From contig JAHJOQ010000073.1 in the NCBI GenBank assembly GCA_018820315.1, positions 81,281 to 145,280 of the forward strand: DNA of 64,000 nt, read 5' to 3'. Source of the stretch: Candidatus Zixiibacteriota bacterium. Lineage in GTDB: Bacteria; Zixibacteria; MSB-5A5; JAABVY01; JAHJOQ01. Below the pieces are notes generated by a model. That model worked only from the letters and a program-made list of their open reading frames with translations, did not search any database and was not told where the DNA came from. This document shows, in pieces, positions 59,087-64,000 of the stretch; the stretch's first letter is position 1, and each line of letters starts with the position of its first letter. The position numbers were made by a program, and so were the translations under genes.

Positions 59087-60400
59087 TCACACCGTCTGGT
59101 AGACCACTTTGCCGTCGACAATTGTCATGATTGCACGACCGGTCAATCGTCTGCCATGGTACGGGCTGTTGCGCGATTTGGACTTGAACTTCTTGACATT
59201 TACCTGCCATGATCGTTCCGGATCTATCACGGTAATATCCGCTGGATATCCTTTTTTCAGCGTTCCCATCTCCAGCTTCATGATTTTCGCCGGATTTGCA
59301 GACATCTTCTCGATCAGGTCGGACCAGCTGAGGAGACCCGGCTTGACGAGATGTGTGACCGCGAGGCCGAGTGCAGTTTCGAGGCCGATTATTCCGTTGG
59401 GAGCAAGATCGAACTCTACATCCTTCTCTTCGATTGAATGCGGCGCATGATCGGTCGCAATGCAGTCGATTGTGCCGTCCTGCAATCCGGCAATCACTCC
59501 TTCGACATCAGCTTTGGTGCGCAGCGGCGGATTCATTTTGAGATTGGTGTCGAATCGTTCAGCGATCAGATCATCGGTGAGCGTAAAGTGATGCGGCGTG
59601 ACTTCCGCCGTCACTGCGATATTTCTACGCTTGCCCTCACGGAGCAGCTCAACCGATCCTCTCGTAGAAACGTGCGCAATGTGAAGCCTCGACTTTGTGT
59701 AATCAGCCAAAAGCATATCGCGGGTGATGCAAATCTCTTCCGATATCGACGGATTTCCTTTTATGCCGAGCGTGGTCGAAGTGTATCCCTCGTTCATGTG
59801 AGTGCCGCCTGACAGAGAATTATCCTCAGCATGCGAAATGACTGCGATATCGAACATCCGCGCATAATCGAGAGCGCGCTTCATGACGACCGCGCTGCTC
59901 ACCGGGGAGCCATCGTCAGAGATTGCAACCGCACCTGCGTTGACCAAATCACCCACCTCAGAGAGTTGCTCGCCCTTGCGCTCCTTTGTGACGGCGGCAA
60001 TGGGGAAAACCTTGACCGGCGCATTGGCTGCGCGATCGAGAATGAACTGCACAGTTTCCTGATTGTCAATCGGTGGTGATGTGTTCGGCATGCAGCAGAT
60101 CGCAGTGAATCCACCGGCAGCGGCAGCTTCGGCGCCCGTGACGACTGTCTCCTCATCCTCGCGACCCGGTTCTCTCAGATGGACGTGGATATCAATCAGC
60201 CCGGGAGTGACCATGAATCCTTCTACCCAGATGCACTCGCCAGCTTTGTATTTCTTCACATCTTTCTTTGCCAGCAGAGAGCCTGTTTCGATCTTCTTCA
60301 CTTTTCCGTTCTCGATATATACATCAGCCTTGCAATCCAGATTCGCTTGGGGATCAATTACCCGGCCGCCGGCTATTACTTTCAGATTTGACTCATTCAT
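59087..60400 (-). CDS. pyrC: Dihydroorotase (multifunctional-complex type)
   Basis: HVHLREPG metal-binding motif, amidohydrolase fold, ~437 aa. Overlaps the pyrB stop. Confidence 0.9.
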   Translation of the reverse strand: MNESNLKVIAGGRVIDPQANLDCKADVYIENGKVKKIETGSLLAKKDVKKYKAGECIWVEGFMVTPGLIDIHVHLREPGREDEETVVTGAEAAAAGGFTAICCMPNTSPPIDNQETVQFILDRAANAPVKVFPIAAVTKERKGEQLSEVGDLVNAGAVAISDDGSPVSSAVVMKRALDYARMFDIAVISHAEDNSLSGGTHMNEGYTSTTLGIKGNPSISEEICITRDMLLADYTKSRLHIAHVSTRGSVELLREGKRRNIAVTAEVTPHHFTLTDDLIAERFDTNLKMNPPLRTKADVEGVIAGLQDGTIDCIATDHAPHSIEEKDVEFDLAPNGIIGLETALGLAVTHLVKPGLLSWSDLIEKMSANPAKIMKLEMGTLKKGYPADITVIDPERSWQVNVKKFKSKSRNSPYHGRRLTGRAIMTIVDGKVVYQTV

Positions 60401-61328
60401 CTTCTTTTGCTCCTCCTCCCTTGATGAGGTACAGCACGGCCATTCGTACCGCAACGCCGTTTGTAACTTGAGTGAGAATGACCGAATCGTCGGCGTCTGC
60501 GACCTCTGATGATATTTCGACTCCGCGATTCATCGGACCGGGATGCAGGATCGTGTGGTTCTTGTTCAGCAGGCGGAGTCGCGCTGATGTTATGCCGAAG
60601 AGATTCGTGTATTCGCGAAGCGATGGGAGAAGGCCCGCCTGCTGACGCTCCAACTGAAGCCTCAGAACGTTTACGACATCGGCTCCATCGAGAGCTTTGT
60701 TAATATCGTAGTAAACGTCAACGCCCATTTTCTCGATCTCGACAGGCAGAAGGGTCGTCGGCCCGCATACAGCCACGGACGCTCCCATTGTCTTAAGTCC
60801 CCATATATTCGATCGTGCGACTCGCGAGTGAAGCACGTCGCCGACTATCACGACACGCAGGCCGTCGAGCTTGCCGTATTTCTGCCGGATCGACATCATG
60901 TCCAGCAGAGCCTGAGTCGGATGTTCGTGGGAACCGTCACCGGCATTGATCACCTGTGAGGATGAAAACTCGGTCAGGAATTTCGGCGCGCCGGAGCAGT
61001 TGTGGCGCATGACGATCATATCGACTTTCATAGCCTCGATATTGCGGACTGTGTCTTTGAATGTCTCGCCTTTCGATACCGATGATCCTGATGTTGAGAA
61101 ATTCAGCAGATCGGCGGAGAGTCGTTTTTCAGCGAGTTCGAACGATAGTCTGGTTCTCGTGGATGGTTCGTAGAAGAGATTGACAACTGTGACACCGCGC
61201 AGAGTCGGGACTTTCTTGATCGGTCTGTCGAGCACTTCGCGGAAACTGTCTGCTGCATTAAGGATTTCTTCGATATCCTCGCGATCCACACCTTCCAGGC
61301 CGAGCAAGTGCTTGAGTCCAAAAGCCAT
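60393..61328 (-). CDS. pyrB: Aspartate carbamoyltransferase catalytic subunit
   Basis: STRTR carbamoyl-phosphate-binding motif (EPSTRTRLSFE) and HPGP, 311 aa. Confidence 0.93.
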   Translation of the reverse strand: MAFGLKHLLGLEGVDREDIEEILNAADSFREVLDRPIKKVPTLRGVTVVNLFYEPSTRTRLSFELAEKRLSADLLNFSTSGSSVSKGETFKDTVRNIEAMKVDMIVMRHNCSGAPKFLTEFSSSQVINAGDGSHEHPTQALLDMMSIRQKYGKLDGLRVVIVGDVLHSRVARSNIWGLKTMGASVAVCGPTTLLPVEIEKMGVDVYYDINKALDGADVVNVLRLQLERQQAGLLPSLREYTNLFGITSARLRLLNKNHTILHPGPMNRGVEISSEVADADDSVILTQVTNGVAVRMAVLYLIKGGGAKEDE

Positions 61329-61336
61329 CGGTTACC

Positions 61337-61930
61337 TCACTTTCTCTTTTTGGAAGGTTTACTCTTCGATGACTTGGCCGTGGACTTACGCATCACCTGA
61401 TGCAGTTTGACCGAGTCATGTTCATCTGTCTCTTTGAGCGTCACGACAACTTCGTCATCCGGTGACGTTGGGATATTCTTCCCGACATAGTCAGCTTTGA
61501 TCGGCAGCTCTCTATGGCCGCGATCTACCAGCACCGCGAGTTGAATTGCGCGCGGCCTGCCGAAATCGGTTATCTGATCGAGCGCGGCGCGAATTGTACG
61601 GCCTGTGAAGAGGACATCATCCACAAGCACGACAATCTTGTCGTCGATTGGAAAGAGTATCTCCGTTTGGTGAATCTCCGGCTGTTCAAGTCGCGAGTGG
61701 ACATCGTCGCGGTAGAAGGTGATGTCCATGTAGCCGACATCCACTTCGGTTCCCTCGACCTCGCTGATCTTCTCGGCTATTCGGTCCGCGAGATGATCAC
61801 CGCGTGTTCGTATACCGATGATAACCAAGTCATCCGCGCCGGCATTTCGCTCGATAATCTCGTGGGCGATGCGCATCAATGCGCGCTCGACCTTCTTGTC
61901 ATCGAGTACTTCTGTCACACTGGAAGTCAA
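61337..61930 (-). CDS. pyrR: Bifunctional pyr mRNA-binding attenuation protein / uracil phosphoribosyltransferase PyrR, with a short K/S-rich C-terminal tail
   Basis: PRTase motif ([13 protein letters not shown]) and a PyrR-type N-terminus. C-terminal ...[16 protein letters not shown] extension. Confidence 0.9.
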   Translation of the reverse strand: MTSSVTEVLDDKKVERALMRIAHEIIERNAGADDLVIIGIRTRGDHLADRIAEKISEVEGTEVDVGYMDITFYRDDVHSRLEQPEIHQTEILFPIDDKIVVLVDDVLFTGRTIRAALDQITDFGRPRAIQLAVLVDRGHRELPIKADYVGKNIPTSPDDEVVVTLKETDEHDSVKLHQVMRKSTAKSSKSKPSKKRK

Positions 61931-61963
61931 GACTCCTCCTTTCTATTGTCAGATTGTATATAG

Positions 61964-62050
61964 AAAAAATCCTCCCGTGCATTGTGGAGGGAGGTTCTGG
62001 AGTGGTTTCCATGTTCTGTTCCCTTTCCGGCCTCGCGGGACCGGATTAAA
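61964..62050 (-). promoter_or_regulatory. pyr operon leader: PyrR-binding loop plus intrinsic terminator (attenuator)
   Basis: Minus-strand RNA AAUCCGGUCCCGCGAGGCCGGAAAGGGAAC resembles the PyrR-binding-loop consensus (UCCAGAGAGGCUNGCAAGG). It is followed 3' by CCUCCCUCCACAAUGCACGGGAGGAUUUUUU, ~35 nt upstream of pyrR. Confidence 0.6.
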
Positions 62051-62424
62051 GGTTCACGTTGAGGCGTAAATAATGCTGGGAATCTCGGATGTCAAGCGGT
62101 TTGTGGGAAAAGGGGAGTACCGATGTGGACATCTGCCGTCCACACAATGACAAAATGTCTGTGGTTTTTCAACAAGCCCTTTGACGATATGACGGCGCTT
62201 CGCTACACTCGAAGTCTGGCAGAACCACTTTGCTCGCTCCGCTTCGCTCGGGATTCTGCCCTGCTATCTTGGCATTCAGTTGGGCTCAAGAAAAAGGTTG
62301 GCGGTGTAGATCATTTAGTGTATTTTGTCGGCTGGAACTCGGATGGCCTGGCGCGCTATAACTTTCTGATGTCACTTCAGATATATCGACAGGCCGTTTC
62401 TTGCAGACACTATTCGAAAGGATA

Positions 62425-64000
62425 GATTGTGGCAAAGAAAAAGAGCAAGAAGGCGGCTGAAGGCGAACAGAAACCGAGATCATCGAAACCACCTGCGCTC
62501 GATGCCATCTTTGAGTCAAAGTTCTATTTTCTCTACTATGCCGTCGCAATCGGTATCCTGACACTGATCCTCTTCCACAAGTTTGTCTTCTCCAATCAGA
62601 TGCTCTTCGGATCAGATATGCTGCAGGCAGGGGTCTTCTTCCGCAATTTCTTTGTCGAGTATGTTAAGGCTCATGGCTCTGTGCCACAGTGGAATCCGTA
62701 TATTTTTGGCGGGATGCCGTATGTCGATGCGTTCCACGGTGACATTCTCTACCCGATCAGCTTCGTGTTCAAGATGATATTCCCGCTTTTCAGGGCGCTC
62801 GGCTGGGCGCTTGTGTTTCATGTCTTCCTGGCGGGCATAACGATGTATCTCTGTACACGCGCATTCAAACTTGGCAAGTTCGCGGCTACATTCGCGGGAC
62901 TGTTCTACATGTTCGCGCCATACTTCGTGTCGCTTGTCGCGCCGGGACATGACGGCAAGATGTTCGTAACGGCACTTTTCCCACTTACGATCATGTTTCT
63001 TGAACGGGGAATGGACAAGAAATCATACCTTGATTTTGTCGGCCTCGGTACAGTCATCGGGTTGATAATTCTGACACCACATCCGCAGATGGCATACTTC
63101 TCTCTTTGGGCAATCGGATCGTATTTCATCTTCAAGTTAATAACGAGATATATCAGGGAAAGATCGCTCGCGGTTGGGGGCGTCCTGACCGGATTCTTCC
63201 TGGTCGCGATTATAATCGGGCTTGCGCTCTCCGCGATCCAGTTCTATCCCGGTTACAAGTATGTCAAAGAGTACTCTCCGAGAGCGGGCGAGGGGAGAGG
63301 CGGATACGAGTGGGCAACATCGTGGTCGATGCATCCCGAAGAGCTCGTCGGGATGTTCGTGCCTTTGTATGCCGGTGTCGATGGTCATTCAGGGCAGACA
63401 TATTGGGGAAGGAATCCTTTTAAAGACAACTCGGAGTACATTGGATTTTTCCCTCTGCTGCTCGGTGTTCTCGGCCTGATTTTCTTCCATGACAAACGGA
63501 AATGGTTCTTTCTCGGCCTCGGGATCATAGCATTGATATATGCACTTGGCGCCACCACGCCTCTGTTCTACTTATTTTACTACCTGGTGCCGAATGTCAA
63601 GTCGATGCGCGCGCCGAGTATGATTATGTTTCTGGCGTCATTCTCGTTTGCACTGCTCGGTGCGATGGGAATCCAGTATCTTGTGAAGGAATTCCGGGGT
63701 GATAAGTCTGTTAGGCGGAAGAAGCTGCTGACGGTTCTGCTCGTAGTGACAGGAGTCTATGCTGCATTCGCGCTGTTCTGGACGGTTGCCGGCGAAACGC
63801 TTATGGATATCGCGCGGTATTCGGCGATGAGCCAGAACAAGTTTGCGGCATCATCGGCGAATATCGGCACGATTCAGGGCGGACTCTGGCTGATTGCGCT
63901 GTTTGTCGCGGGCACGTTTCTCCTGATCAAGATGTTTGGCGAACGCAAGGTTGGGATTGCCGCGCTGGCATTGATCGCATTGTTCTCTGTGGCCGAGGCT
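62425..64000 (+). CDS. Large polytopic membrane protein (YfhO/GT-C-like, putative glycosyltransferase); continues beyond the window
   Basis: Open frame from GTG at 62425 to the window end. K-rich N-terminus then >10 TM helices. Not in the supplied ORF track because it is unterminated. Confidence 0.4.

Noticed and set aside
62123-62425. 100 aa plus-strand ORF in the pyrR-upstream intergenic region
   Set aside because: No RBS or homology. The region is better explained as the pyr promoter/leader plus the promoter of the downstream membrane-protein gene.
1-64000. CRISPR arrays, integrases, phage structural genes
   Set aside because: No short regularly spaced direct repeats, cas-like genes or recombinases were seen. 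The only mobile signature is the REP/RAYT block.

Overview
This 64 kb window looks like a mostly core chromosomal segment of a Gram-negative bacterium, about 52-54% GC. Both T9SS-type and PEP-CTERM-type C-terminal sorting signals are present, a combination seen in FCB-group (Bacteroidota-related) lineages; that lineage placement is inference only. In order, the window contains: (1) a reductive-TCA-like block, sucC-sucD-korDABC (four-subunit 2-oxoglutarate:ferredoxin oxidoreductase), a LarA-family racemase homolog, mdh and icd; SucD carries a ~100 aa lysine/alanine-rich histone-H1-like tail. (2) A surface-glycan locus: an O-antigen-ligase-like protein, a TauE permease, rpiB, purM, lnt, a T9SS-sorted beta-propeller protein, a FemAB-like acyltransferase, three glycosyltransferases and a T9SS-sorted C25-family peptidase. 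(3) A complete dcw cluster, mraZ-rsmH-ftsL-ftsI-murE-murF-mraY-murD-ftsW-murG-murC-ftsQ-ftsA-ftsZ, with an MraZ-type GTGGG operator. (4) The most unusual region, a ~1.5 kb insertion between ftsZ and rpmB: a REP-associated tyrosine transposase (RAYT) and a 201 aa HEPN-like (RNxxxH) protein, bracketed by four copies of a 24 bp REP palindrome CCGTCAGGAA-N4-TTCCTGACGG. (5) rpmB, valS, mazG, an orphan lower-GC 401 aa protein with a possible PD-(D/E)xK signature, a GYD protein, recR, ybaB and dnaX, preceded by a long Bacillus-type SRP RNA. (6) A PEP-CTERM protein, tRNA-Ala(CGC), an Rrf2 regulator, and a co-directional cytochrome c-motA-motB-thioredoxin gene set. (7) The pyrR-pyrB-pyrC operon with a PyrR attenuator leader. 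No CRISPR array, integrase or prophage was seen. Coordinates are +/- a few nt and follow the supplied ORF track where used.
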